From NCBI GenBank assembly GCA_018985225.1, contig JADGIF010000110.1, forward strand, positions 1-19,362: a stretch of 19,362 nucleotides of DNA, read 5' to 3'. Under the pieces are notes generated by a model. It made no database searches. It was not told where the DNA came from and worked only from the letters and a program-made list of their open reading frames with translations. Both the position numbers and the translations under genes were made by a program. The DNA is from Amoeboradix gromovi X-113. Lineage: Eukaryota > Fungi > Sanchytriomycota. Positions 9,040 to 18,691 of this stretch are shown in pieces; position 1 is the stretch's first letter, and the number at the start of each line of letters is the position of its first letter.

Positions 9040-9810
9040 ATATCCGCAAAGCATATATTATTCCAAAGAACTAAATTATGTAAAAACCAGTACAATTTCG
9101 AGTATAAATATATCCTGCAAGAACTATACTGGCAGGACTATAGAAATGCATGTAGACTACTTGAGTGTAAGTTAATATAGAAAAACGATGCCGGAATGAA
9201 AATTGAAAAAGAATGCTTGGATGTACCTCTTCGAGCACTGAAGTTGGAGAAACGTACATTGAATCGTTTACTTCTATTCAATTAGAGTCTAGCCTGAGGT
9301 TCTACTGACTCTTTTCCATTGCAACTGATGGATATTCATGTCGTAAAAAGTGTTGAAACCAGGTCGAGGACGCATATAGAAGAGTAAGACGAAAGAAAAA
9401 GGACAAATTAGTACTTTGTCTCCGATTCTGTTCCAGAGAAAAATAAGAAATGTACTAGAATTCAATAAAATATGCCTCGAAAAGAATGTATCTGATATCA
9501 ATAAGCCATTCTTGATGCATATCGCTTGACTCTAGTAGGAAGCATTGACGAAACCGCGGTCTTGATTGTGCATTTGTTGATCCTGTGAAGAAACTAATAC
9601 ATAGAACACATTATACGAACAAGACGTCAATGGAAATGAGTATGGGAAACGAAAGAGAGGCAGAACATGCCCCGCAGTAATCGAGTGATGAAAATACAAG
9701 CTTGGATGTACGAGATGTATTTATTAGTTATAAAACAACTTTCAAATAGCCAAGCTGGCAAATTCGTACTTCAATATTAAAGAACGAGAGGTTTCAATTG
9801 ACGCTTTACG
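9040..9810 (+). pseudogene. Decayed Fanzor1-like nuclease, middle part (WED to RuvC-I)
   Basis: Same frame and correct order despite stops: IYPART (9108), FSIATDGYSC (9312-9341), a K/R-rich stretch, DCAFVDPVKKLI (D at 9579) and HYTNKT. Confidence 0.6.
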
Positions 9811-9837
9811 TAATGGTCTTATACTGTTCTGTGGTAT

Positions 9838-12800
9838 TTATTTTTTAGTGCTGTATATAGATATGTTTTGTTTAGATCCTACATATAGTGTAGGTGCTCT
9901 GATAGTGGCAAACTTGACTATATCGTTATAAACTCTAGGTCCCAATACTCCGCTGTACTGCTTAATTACATCTATATCCATCATATCCTGCTGATTTGTA
10001 GAATGAATCCACAAATTGGCATTGTTGTTCAAGAATCCACTCTGTTTCTGGTTTACAACCCTATCCTGCTCCCATTCTTTGATACTGGTTATCAAAACCC
10101 CATTTGGTTGCGATATGCTTACTAAAGGCAGTACATCATGCATGTCTACAGATATGATGTTGTTGTATTGCTTATTAATCAATGGCAAACTCATTGCTCG
10201 TATATCCCATATCTTTAAATTGCCATCTTCACTACCAGTAAGTACATGTCTACCATACTTCTGTAATTTCGTTTCTATTAGTCTTGCTGAGTGTGACCTG
10301 CTACTAAAAACTAATGAATCCCTTGTGCTACAGCGTACATCAAATAGTCTGACCATTCCATCCCCAAATCCACACAATAACAAGCTACCATCATTGTCTA
10401 TACTAAAACTACTAACATCGTGATGTGATCTGCTATGTATCTCCAGCGACTTTAGTTCGGAATTCATATCAAATATTCTTATTATTTTACAACTGCCAGT
10501 CATGTACAACTTACCACTCTGCTCATGCCACTCTGTCAATACTTTGCTAAGACCATTTGGTACTAGTACATCAGTCAATGGCCTACTTCCGTGTACTTTA
10601 TGGATATTTGACAAATTGTCAAATAAGCATTTATATACCGTTATGCTGCCATCTGTTAAACTATTCAGTATCATCACCTGCGCATTCTGGTTTACAAAAA
10701 TGCTGTTGGCCAGTTTATTGTCATGCTCTATAACATGTTTTACATCCCCATACAGATACGTATTTCCGCTCCTGGAATAGGACGCAAATACGTTTATGGA
10801 CGAATGATGTGCTATGCCATCGCATTTGTAATCAATCGGAATTATTTGTGATAAATTGAACTTGTCAGTAACCAATGACTTGCGACTAGATTTCAAGTGC
10901 CCAGCGAGTAGAAACGAGCATGTGTCTAATTGCTGTTTGTTTGTATCAACAGTATACTTGGAGTCCAATGTGCTTATCATCAACTTTGAACAATAATCAA
11001 ATGATTGTGGTTTAATGTGCAAGTACTGTAACTTTTCATGTATAACGGAAGATATATTAAATTCCCTACTATTCTGTTTACCCATTGTGAATTGTCTTAA
11101 TGAGTCAGCGAATGATCTGGTTTTGCGCAAAATTGGTTTATTGGAAAGCGATATGACTTGCTTAACTAATGTGTTTGGTTCAAAATCATCAATTATATTT
11201 TGCAATGTGGAAGTGTATTTGATTAAATGAGCATCCAAACATTTTTGAGCTAGTTCTTTTATGGGGTCATGTGGATCCTCTGTAAAGATCAGCAATGATT
11301 TCCAAACCGATTCCAATGTACCTAGACTATTGTGTACATCATCTTCTTCGTCATTATACATTGCTGTTGCTTTTGGATTAGATAAATATTTGTGAATTAC
11401 CATATTTACATCAATCGGAAATAGACAGAGCAATCTGCTTGCTAAGCTTAATAATTCATATCTACATAATACGCTTAAGTCGCTTATCAGGTATAAAGCT
11501 TTACCGATGCACTGTAATGTTGTGCTATTCATTAATAACCCGACCAAGGAATGCAAACAGTTTAATGCTGCAGCACGTATACGGGGTATCTTATGACTTA
11601 GCAATGGGATAATAAATAACGTGCAGTTCTCATCCATGGCTTGTTGTATTGCTGGCTGAAACTCATGACATATAGCAGACAATGCATATAAAAGCCACTC
11701 CTTGCTCGAGATTACTTCGGGATCCAGAGAATTCATATTGTATTGGAACTGTCTGCAAATTAAAGGGACTAATCCATTTTTGAAGCACAAATCTTTACCA
11801 ACAGCGTGATTAATTACAAACTGGCTTAAAACGAATGCGCAATTTGTAGTATAGAGTGAGTCGAACTCAGTGGACTGCACTTCTGTGTTGCAATTATTGC
11901 TACCACTTAATCCTTGAAAAAAATACAAATAACCACCGTCTTTGACAATATCATTTTGGAAGTCACTTTCTATACTTAGTAATCTAGCCCATATGAATGC
12001 TAAAATAGCTCTTAGTTCTGGAGCAGGCGACTGCAACAGTTTTAAGCAATAGGGGAAAATGCCGACACTCAGTGCTTCATTGATAGCCCAAGCGCCTAAA
12101 TCCAAAAACTTGGCCAACAATATCAGCGCTCTACTTCTATGCGCTTGACTAAGAAGCACCTGCAGTAAAATTGGTAGTTGTTCAGGGGATTTGTAAACAT
12201 GTTTACTACGTTGCTCTAACCATATCTCGAATGCAGTTAATTGGTCACTGAAAAACAAGGAATGGGTATAGGCAGCATCCTGGTTAATTTTAGTAGGAAT
12301 AGAGGGATCAGATTGACTGTTGATTTGTCTCAATGCCTGATCTAACACCAGGTCCCACTGGCCCCACAAATGATGCCTGTATGCATAAATGGAGATCGGA
12401 GGGTCACATACAGGTGAACATCCAAATTGCCGCATTAATCGTTGAGCTAACAAAAAATTACGATATAGAGCGGCTACTAATAAATCATTTCTAAACAACT
12501 TTTTAAAATCATCTCTTGGGAATAATGACCATGCTATGGTATCAACAACAGCAGTGAATATCCAATTTAGTTCACCGAGTGGGGTTTTTCTATCATTTAG
12601 TTTGCCCGGAAATTCGACCAAAGAGTCGATGTTTATGTTAGGAAACCGCAGCTTGTTTTCTAAAACCCAACAGCGAAGAGCCACTATTATCGGGGTGGTA
12701 AGACAAGAAGTAAAAAAATCAGCGGGCACATCTGGATGCAGAGAAAGCTGTTCGTTAGATTGGCAAGCAGCAAATTGTATATTATCCGAGAACTTGGGAA

Positions 12801-13353
12801 GATTTAATGCTTGAGAATCTACGTCTTTTTGATGAGCAAATTTTTTATAAGCCTTTAAGAGGTTTCCAGCATGACTGCAGTCCCAAACAAAAATGGATGG
12901 AGATTGAGTCCAGTGCTGTAAATCATGAAGACTGACAGGAAGATACTGGGTATATTGCTTGTTAAATACCCATATCTCGCCGTTTTGAGTAGGCTGTGGA
13001 ACACCGTAGCCATTATAGTGTATTAGGATGCGATCGTGTTTAGCAGCCTTGCGCAATGCTACGCAAACTTTTTTTAAATCCTCCAAGGAAGGATCAGGTA
13101 ATAGTTTATACTTCGCACGAGGATGCCATAGCTGATATTGTAGCTGAAGATTACGTATAATTGTGTCACTATTCTTTGGAATTTGCCAACAGAGCAACTT
13201 GGCAGAATCCTCAGGTTTAATCATATCTGGAGGGCTAATACCTAAATTTAAACACATTGCAATGATAACAGCAACAGTTTTTGACTTTTCGCTCTTTTGA
13301 GAGGCTATTTTACCATGCTTAGCTTCTTTGAGCTCAAAAAACAATGGGGACAT
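9838..13353 (-). CDS. KOG1: Raptor/KOG1, TORC1 scaffold subunit; 5' end uncertain
   Basis: RNC domain (KTVAVIIAMCLNLGISPPD, HYNGYGVPQPTQNGEIWVFNKQYTQYLPVS, PADFFTSCLTTPI, KTPLGELNWIFTAV), PEQLPILLQVLLSQAHR, ARM/HEAT region and C-terminal WD40. The first in-frame ATG is at 13353; the track's start at 13479 is a GTG. Confidence 0.95.
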   Translation of the reverse strand: MSPLFFELKEAKHGKIASQKSEKSKTVAVIIAMCLNLGISPPDMIKPEDSAKLLCWQIPKNSDTIIRNLQLQYQLWHPRAKYKLLPDPSLEDLKKVCVALRKAAKHDRILIHYNGYGVPQPTQNGEIWVFNKQYTQYLPVSLHDLQHWTQSPSIFVWDCSHAGNLLKAYKKFAHQKDVDSQALNLPKFSDNIQFAACQSNEQLSLHPDVPADFFTSCLTTPIIVALRCWVLENKLRFPNINIDSLVEFPGKLNDRKTPLGELNWIFTAVVDTIAWSLFPRDDFKKLFRNDLLVAALYRNFLLAQRLMRQFGCSPVCDPPISIYAYRHHLWGQWDLVLDQALRQINSQSDPSIPTKINQDAAYTHSLFFSDQLTAFEIWLEQRSKHVYKSPEQLPILLQVLLSQAHRSRALILLAKFLDLGAWAINEALSVGIFPYCLKLLQSPAPELRAILAFIWARLLSIESDFQNDIVKDGGYLYFFQGLSGSNNCNTEVQSTEFDSLYTTNCAFVLSQFVINHAVGKDLCFKNGLVPLICRQFQYNMNSLDPEVISSKEWLLYALSAICHEFQPAIQQAMDENCTLFIIPLLSHKIPRIRAAALNCLHSLVGLLMNSTTLQCIGKALYLISDLSVLCRYELLSLASRLLCLFPIDVNMVIHKYLSNPKATAMYNDEEDDVHNSLGTLESVWKSLLIFTEDPHDPIKELAQKCLDAHLIKYTSTLQNIIDDFEPNTLVKQVISLSNKPILRKTRSFADSLRQFTMGKQNSREFNISSVIHEKLQYLHIKPQSFDYCSKLMISTLDSKYTVDTNKQQLDTCSFLLAGHLKSSRKSLVTDKFNLSQIIPIDYKCDGIAHHSSINVFASYSRSGNTYLYGDVKHVIEHDNKLANSIFVNQNAQVMILNSLTDGSITVYKCLFDNLSNIHKVHGSRPLTDVLVPNGLSKVLTEWHEQSGKLYMTGSCKIIRIFDMNSELKSLEIHSRSHHDVSSFSIDNDGSLLLCGFGDGMVRLFDVRCSTRDSLVFSSRSHSARLIETKLQKYGRHVLTGSEDGNLKIWDIRAMSLPLINKQYNNIISVDMHDVLPLVSISQPNGVLITSIKEWEQDRVVNQKQSGFLNNNANLWIHSTNQQDMMDIDVIKQYSGVLGPRVYNDIVKFATIRAPTLYVGSKQNISIYSTKK

Positions 13354-13385
13354 GCCGTGTGAAAAGTAGACCGGGGTAAAAGCGG

Positions 13386-13793
13386 ATGACAAAAAGAAAA
13401 AAGACTGAGTTACAGGATGCTTGAAAGTCTTTCCAAAAGTTACTGAAAATAGATACAAAATCTTATGAGGGCGCGACACTCACTGTGAAATCATCATTAA
13501 ATGCGGCACTGTCTGATGAAAAGGAACTTGGCTAGGAAAGCTGCAGGTACAGAGAAAGGGACGCTTTAGTATCACAAAGAGGAAGCGGTGCATGGTCTGG
13601 GTAGAACGACATGGTGCTGCTTATTCCTGAGTTCAGAACATAGCAGAGCGACTGGTACAATAAGCTGTGGCCTAAAGAACAGGCGATAGGATGTACACTT
13701 GAGTTTGACTAGGACACCGTTTTGAACGTTTTTGTAAAGTGTACTGGTTACAAGGTCATTAAATGTATACTTAGGCAGGCGAAGACTCTCTGA
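13386..13793 (+). pseudogene. Decayed reading frame, possibly a Fanzor1-like N-terminal fragment
   Basis: Begins MTKRKK and includes LTVKSSLNAAL and LEFD*DTVLNVFVKCTG. Internal stops are one TGA and four TAG. The motif resemblance is weak. Confidence 0.3.
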
Positions 13794-13915
13794 GCTATCA
13801 TTCAGAGTATTTCTGAATGATTACCTATCAGCTTTTACTTTCATTCTTGAAGAACTCATTAACCTCAAATTTTTTAAATCTTTTTTGGCAATTTATTTTT
13901 GCAACACTGTGATAG

Positions 13916-16492
13916 ATGAGCAGCTTTCAACTCTCATTATTGTCCAAGTATCCAAGTGACCGAGTTAAATCTGTTCACTTTCAAGGTGAATACTTTGTCA
14001 ACTGCCTATATAATGGACATATTAACGTCTATCAGTACGAAAATAATAAACTGATCCTTAGTGAGAAGATGAGTGATTTGCCTTTGCGTGCTTGTCGTTG
14101 GCTCACGATGTCTGGTAAAGAAAACTATTCTTTGGTGTGTGGTGGAGATGACTTGAGTCTTCATTTTTTGAACATCCACACGAAGAGTAAGCGATCTATC
14201 AAAAATGTTCATTCCGATTATATTCGCTCTATAATTGCGAACAATGAAGTTATTATTAGTTGCAGTGATGATCTGACTGTGTCCTTCACCAGCTTGACTA
14301 CTTTTGAAAAACTTTGTCACATTAATGCCCATCAGCATTACGTTATGATGGTGCAGTTTATTAACACAGAAATCTTCATGTCTTGTTCTTTAGATAAGCA
14401 AATTAAACTGTGGAATATTAAATTGGCTCTTAAGAGTAATAGCACTCCTTTATTTACTCTTGATGGACACAATAAAGGAGTAAATTGCATATCTTGTCCT
14501 GTGGATAAGCCTTATATTTTATCTGGTAGCGACGATCATTTGATCAAGCTATGGGATACTACAACAAAGCACTGCTTAGCATCTCTCAGTGGTCATACTA
14601 ACAATATCTCATTTGCACATTTTCATCCTAAATTGCCACTGATTATTAGCGGAAGTGAGGACGGAACAATAAAAGTCTGGCATAGTAACACTAGAAAGCT
14701 TTTAAACTCCTACAACTTTGGAATGGAACGCATTTGGTGTTGCGATGTTCATGAAAATCATTTGGTTGTTGGTTCCGATGATGGGACACTGGTCTTGCAG
14801 TTGGGTAATATTGTACCGCTTACATCATTCAATGAAGGCAAGCTGCTAATTAATAAGCATTTTGATATATTCAACTACAATCTAAGTGATCTAACTGCGG
14901 ACTCCATAACTAATAAATCATCATCATTCCCCATCCATGTTGCCCCAAAAGAATTGGGTACATGCGATGTATATCCTTCTTACATCCAACATAGTCCAAA
15001 TAGTCGATTTTGTGCAATTGTTGGTGAAAATCAGTACATTGTTTATACTACTTTAGCATGGCGTAATAAAGCATTTGGGCCTGCAGATCTCTTTGCATGG
15101 TCCAGCAATAATGAATGCGCTATCTATTCCTCAAATACCGGAATAACTTGGCTAGACAAGCAGTTCAAGGCCAAATCAATAACTTGTCAACCGCCCATCA
15201 ACCAGATCACAGACCTTTTTAGTGGCCCAATTCTGGGCATTCAATCAAAGTATCATCTTTCTTTCTATGATTTCGACTCTGCTGTAATTGTTCGTAGAAT
15301 TGAATGCGTGGCTAGTTCAGTAATCTGGAACTCCCACAACAACTTATGCTGTATAATTACAAGTGATAAATTGTTTCTACTGTCTTATAACCATAATGAA
15401 TTCCTGCTTCAATTAAGTAATCAGTCCATGCCTGAGGATGGTGTTGAATCTGCGTTTACAATGATCCATCAACTAAACGATGTAATCACCAGTGCCATCT
15501 TTGTAAATGATGTTTTAGTTATCCACAATAAACTCAATAAATGCAATGCTCTCATCTTCAACACAGTGCTAGTCATTTCTATTGTACAGGGATATTTAAT
15601 AGGATTTCACAATGATTGCTTAATATTCAGTCACAATAATGATTTAGTTGGTGTTTATCTTCCATTGCAGTATCTAGATACCTTGCTGTATTGTAACAGC
15701 ATTAAATCACTGGAAGATCCGAAGATTGTTCAGTTTAAATCTGCTTTGCCACAATATGTTGATAAACTTGCCAGATATTTAGAATCTATTAACAAACAGG
15801 AACTAGCCATGGAGCTGACTACAGACGTTGATTTTAAATTTGATTTGGCCATTTATTGTAAGAAGTTAAAGACAGCCATGTCCTTGGTGTCAAGTGATCC
15901 TAATCCTGAGAAATATAAACTATTGGCTCAAGTCGCGCTTGAAGATTGGGAATTTGCTATAGCTGAGGAGTGTTTGTTAAAGGGCAATGACTTGGACTCG
16001 CTGTTACTTCTATTTAGCTGTAATAACAATGTACAAGGATTAAAGCATTTGATACAGATGGGAATCAAACAATCGAAACATCAGATAGCCTTTAACAGTG
16101 CATTCTTGATCAAAGATTACAGTAAATGTTTAGAGATATTGATTGCTAGTGGAATGATGGGAGAAGCCTGCTTGTTTAGTAAGCACTACATGCCTGAACA
16201 GGTCATGGATGTTGTAGTAGAATACAAACAGCAGTTGAACAGAGCATCTAGTGCTAGTGCTGCTGCTTTGGTAAAGAGATTACAAGAAGACGTGCCGTTT
16301 TTAACGAATACTACCCAGACTCAGGAAATGGAGATTGATGACATGATGAAGTTAAAGCAGCACAATAAGAACACACATAGCGAGAGTATGGAAGTAAACA
16401 CGACAGGAACGGCAAGTGTAATGGGCGACTCAACATCACCACGAGTAGTGCAGCAGATTGAGGATGATTTGGAAGAACTGTTGAAGTTTTAA
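13916..16492 (+). CDS. SEC27: Coatomer beta' subunit (COPB2/SEC27)
   Basis: SDRVKSV, HSDYIRSI, HQHYVM, FTLDGHNKGVNC, FHPKLPLIISGSEDGTIKVWH, YNFGMERIWC, HSPNSRF, YIVYTTLAWRNKAFG and EDGVESAF, followed by a C-terminal solenoid. Confidence 0.95.
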   Translation: MSSFQLSLLSKYPSDRVKSVHFQGEYFVNCLYNGHINVYQYENNKLILSEKMSDLPLRACRWLTMSGKENYSLVCGGDDLSLHFLNIHTKSKRSIKNVHSDYIRSIIANNEVIISCSDDLTVSFTSLTTFEKLCHINAHQHYVMMVQFINTEIFMSCSLDKQIKLWNIKLALKSNSTPLFTLDGHNKGVNCISCPVDKPYILSGSDDHLIKLWDTTTKHCLASLSGHTNNISFAHFHPKLPLIISGSEDGTIKVWHSNTRKLLNSYNFGMERIWCCDVHENHLVVGSDDGTLVLQLGNIVPLTSFNEGKLLINKHFDIFNYNLSDLTADSITNKSSSFPIHVAPKELGTCDVYPSYIQHSPNSRFCAIVGENQYIVYTTLAWRNKAFGPADLFAWSSNNECAIYSSNTGITWLDKQFKAKSITCQPPINQITDLFSGPILGIQSKYHLSFYDFDSAVIVRRIECVASSVIWNSHNNLCCIITSDKLFLLSYNHNEFLLQLSNQSMPEDGVESAFTMIHQLNDVITSAIFVNDVLVIHNKLNKCNALIFNTVLVISIVQGYLIGFHNDCLIFSHNNDLVGVYLPLQYLDTLLYCNSIKSLEDPKIVQFKSALPQYVDKLARYLESINKQELAMELTTDVDFKFDLAIYCKKLKTAMSLVSSDPNPEKYKLLAQVALEDWEFAIAEECLLKGNDLDSLLLLFSCNNNVQGLKHLIQMGIKQSKHQIAFNSAFLIKDYSKCLEILIASGMMGEACLFSKHYMPEQVMDVVVEYKQQLNRASSASAAALVKRLQEDVPFLTNTTQTQEMEIDDMMKLKQHNKNTHSESMEVNTTGTASVMGDSTSPRVVQQIEDDLEELLKF

Positions 16493-16505
16493 TAAATTTA
16501 TTACA

Positions 16506-17751
16506 TTAAATGCAAATCTTTTTATACAAGAACCTAAGCGAATTTATGGAATTAGAAATCCAAGGGTGGGAAATTGCATCTTGAATCGAAATACGGGAAT
16601 TAGGATCAGGATTAGATAATTTTGATATTAAATCAGCAGCCAAAGGAGGTATATTTGCAAGGTCTCTGGAGCGCACATGCAATTTGTCATTCATGGCATA
16701 ATCAAACATTTCGTTATCGGGGATACGCTCAAGGCTAATTTCAGATTTGAATCTAAGTTAAAAATGTAAGTTACAGCAATACCATGATGATTCCGAGACT
16801 CCAACTGTCGAATTTGAAGCTGTGACCTTTTTTCAGTATAGTTTCAGGAGGAATAAATGGGAAAGTACCGCACAAATCGAACAAAACATCAGATAAACAG
16901 GCACAGCGAACTGACAAACCGAAATCACTGATAGCACAGCGAGGAAATAATGTATCCATAGAATAGTCTAAAACAATATTCTCCGGCTTTAAATCCTGGT
17001 GAATAACACCATTGTTATGAATATGCTGTACTGCAATAAACAATTGATACATTATCCATTTAGTAACGTCTTCCTTTGGACTGGAGATACTCATGTAGTA
17101 ATGCAAATCCCTGCCTCCGAAGTATTCCATAATTAGATAGTTTAATTTATTACTAGAAATGGACTCAAATACGCCTGCAACATTTTTATGCTTCAAGTCC
17201 TGGAATTCAATTTCCTTGTCTGCTGTATGACGTTCATAAACTCTAATATCGGTAATTTTAATAGCAACTAACTGCCCACTTAAAATATTCATGCCACAAT
17301 GAACATCAGCATATCCACCACTGGCAAGATTTGGCCCGATACAATAATTGTGGTCGAAAAGAATTAAATCTTGGTCATTTCTTTCCTGAATCTGGGAATG
17401 AAATATGATTATGTCTTTGGAAATAGTTAATACGTCGTAGTCATTTAACAAATAAAAACCTGAATTAACCGTAAGGTTGTTCACCATTATTTTGCCAAAC
17501 ACCCTTAAACAGGCATGACCTTGTACTTGCTTAATCACGCATTGCTTCCTACTAACCATGAAGTCATCAAGTACCAGGTTACTATCTATAGATCTACCAA
17601 TAATAAATTCATCTCCTACTGAGAGTGGTATGTACCTTTTGTAAAACAGCATACCAAAGCAACTACCAGGTATCTCTGGTTTCCCCATTGGACTTAAGAT
17701 CTGTTGTGTCAACTGAGATAAGCATTTGTTTTGTGAAATCTCTTGAAACAT
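16506..17751 (-). CDS. FHA-domain Ser/Thr kinase (Chk2/Cds1/Rad53/Dun1/Mek1 family); join(17751..16775,16752..16506), ~407 aa
   Basis: N-terminal SQ/TQ sites, FHA (IIGRS...VSRKQC...VN) and kinase motifs VAIK, HQDLKPEN, DFG, CGT..FIPPE and DSWSLG. A 22-nt intron joins in frame to the subdomain XI exon (DLISKL..PDPNSRISIQDAISHPWI). Confidence 0.88.
16753..16774 (-). other. Ultra-short spliceosomal intron (22 nt) in the kinase gene
   Basis: GTAACTTACATTTTTAACTTAG with a branch-like TTTAAC. Its removal restores the frame ...IMVLLFKSEISLERIPDNEMFDY... Confidence 0.82.
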
Positions 17752-17779
17752 GAACGTTTTACGGCACTAAATAATTTTA

Positions 17780-18691
17780 TTAATTCAATCGAAACGATGA
17801 CTTTGTGATTGTTTTAACCCGTTTTGTCTTTCTGTTCAATCGATACTTACTGTAATCAATTTTTTCTTTCTTAAGTAATGACATATAAACGTTTTTTAAA
17901 GCATTTGATTCTTGTGGCAACTGTCTTAAAGTTGAAGGGATGTCTTCCTTCAGCTGGACAGGTGTCGGGTCATTTAAGAAAAACTTTCCAATCTTTACAT
18001 TGTCTCTAATTCTTTTAAATCTGTTCTTAGATTGTGGTGTTCGTGCAATTTTAACACGTCTAATCAAATCAGGCAAGTTATCTAATTGTTTTAATATTTT
18101 GCGATGAAATAACTTCTGTTGTCTTCTATTTTCTTCATACTTTTCCACGATTTCCTTGTTTCTCTCTTTCTTTATCTTTCTAACCTTCAAATTGTTGATA
18201 GCTGGTTCAATAGGTTTTTCTAGAGAAACCTGCTCTGGAATCAGAGTTACTTCTTTCTTTGGAGCATACAGGTATTCCTTCTTAAGCTCCTCATTTGCAA
18301 CTTTATTTAACAATTCATCATGATCAGAAGAAGTTGGTCTATATGACATTCCAGGATGAATGTGAAATGGTTTAGGCTTGGAGACATAATCCAAGGGACC
18401 ATCATCCCAAATATCATCCACAGAATACTGAAGTTTAGCCGGTGCTGGTTTTAATTGCATTTTTTTCAATTTATCATGTTCAAATCTAGAATGTTTTTTC
18501 TGATTCTCTTTGATTTCTACTTTGACAACCGGGTCTTTTTGCGTCGAAACCTTTCTATCTTCGAAGAATAACTGACCTTCCATCTCATCAATTTTTCTGT
18601 CTACTTCTAGCTCTTCGATTATTGGCTTTGCTAACTTTGACCACAATTTTTTTTTCATTCTCCAAGTTGGCTCCTTTAACCCGTCCGGCAT
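17780..18691 (-). CDS. NOP53: Nop53/GLTSCR2, 60S ribosome biogenesis factor
   Basis: N-terminal KKKLWSK, arch-interacting-like LFFED motif, DIW, HPGMSYRPT..DHDELL and VQLKEDIPSTLRQLPQESN. The protein is basic. Confidence 0.85.
   Translation of the reverse strand: MPDGLKEPTWRMKKKLWSKLAKPIIEELEVDRKIDEMEGQLFFEDRKVSTQKDPVVKVEIKENQKKHSRFEHDKLKKMQLKPAPAKLQYSVDDIWDDGPLDYVSKPKPFHIHPGMSYRPTSSDHDELLNKVANEELKKEYLYAPKKEVTLIPEQVSLEKPIEPAINNLKVRKIKKERNKEIVEKYEENRRQQKLFHRKILKQLDNLPDLIRRVKIARTPQSKNRFKRIRDNVKIGKFFLNDPTPVQLKEDIPSTLRQLPQESNALKNVYMSLLKKEKIDYSKYRLNRKTKRVKTITKSSFRLN

Noticed and set aside
9215-9711. 12-bp direct repeat GCTTGGATGTAC (9215 and 9700)
   Set aside because: It does not extend, and a match this long is plausible by chance.
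8589-9830. A single Fanzor1 gene split by an inversion
   Set aside because: The minus-strand fragment has its own inverted repeats, and flipping it does not restore domain order.
13514-13545. Hammerhead core CTGATGA...GAAA
   Set aside because: Stem II cannot form and the flanking stems are missing.
10016-14338. Short ORFs antisense to Raptor and SEC27 (and similar ones opposite CTF18 and the CAP-Gly gene)
   Set aside because: They fully overlap well-supported genes and show no motifs.
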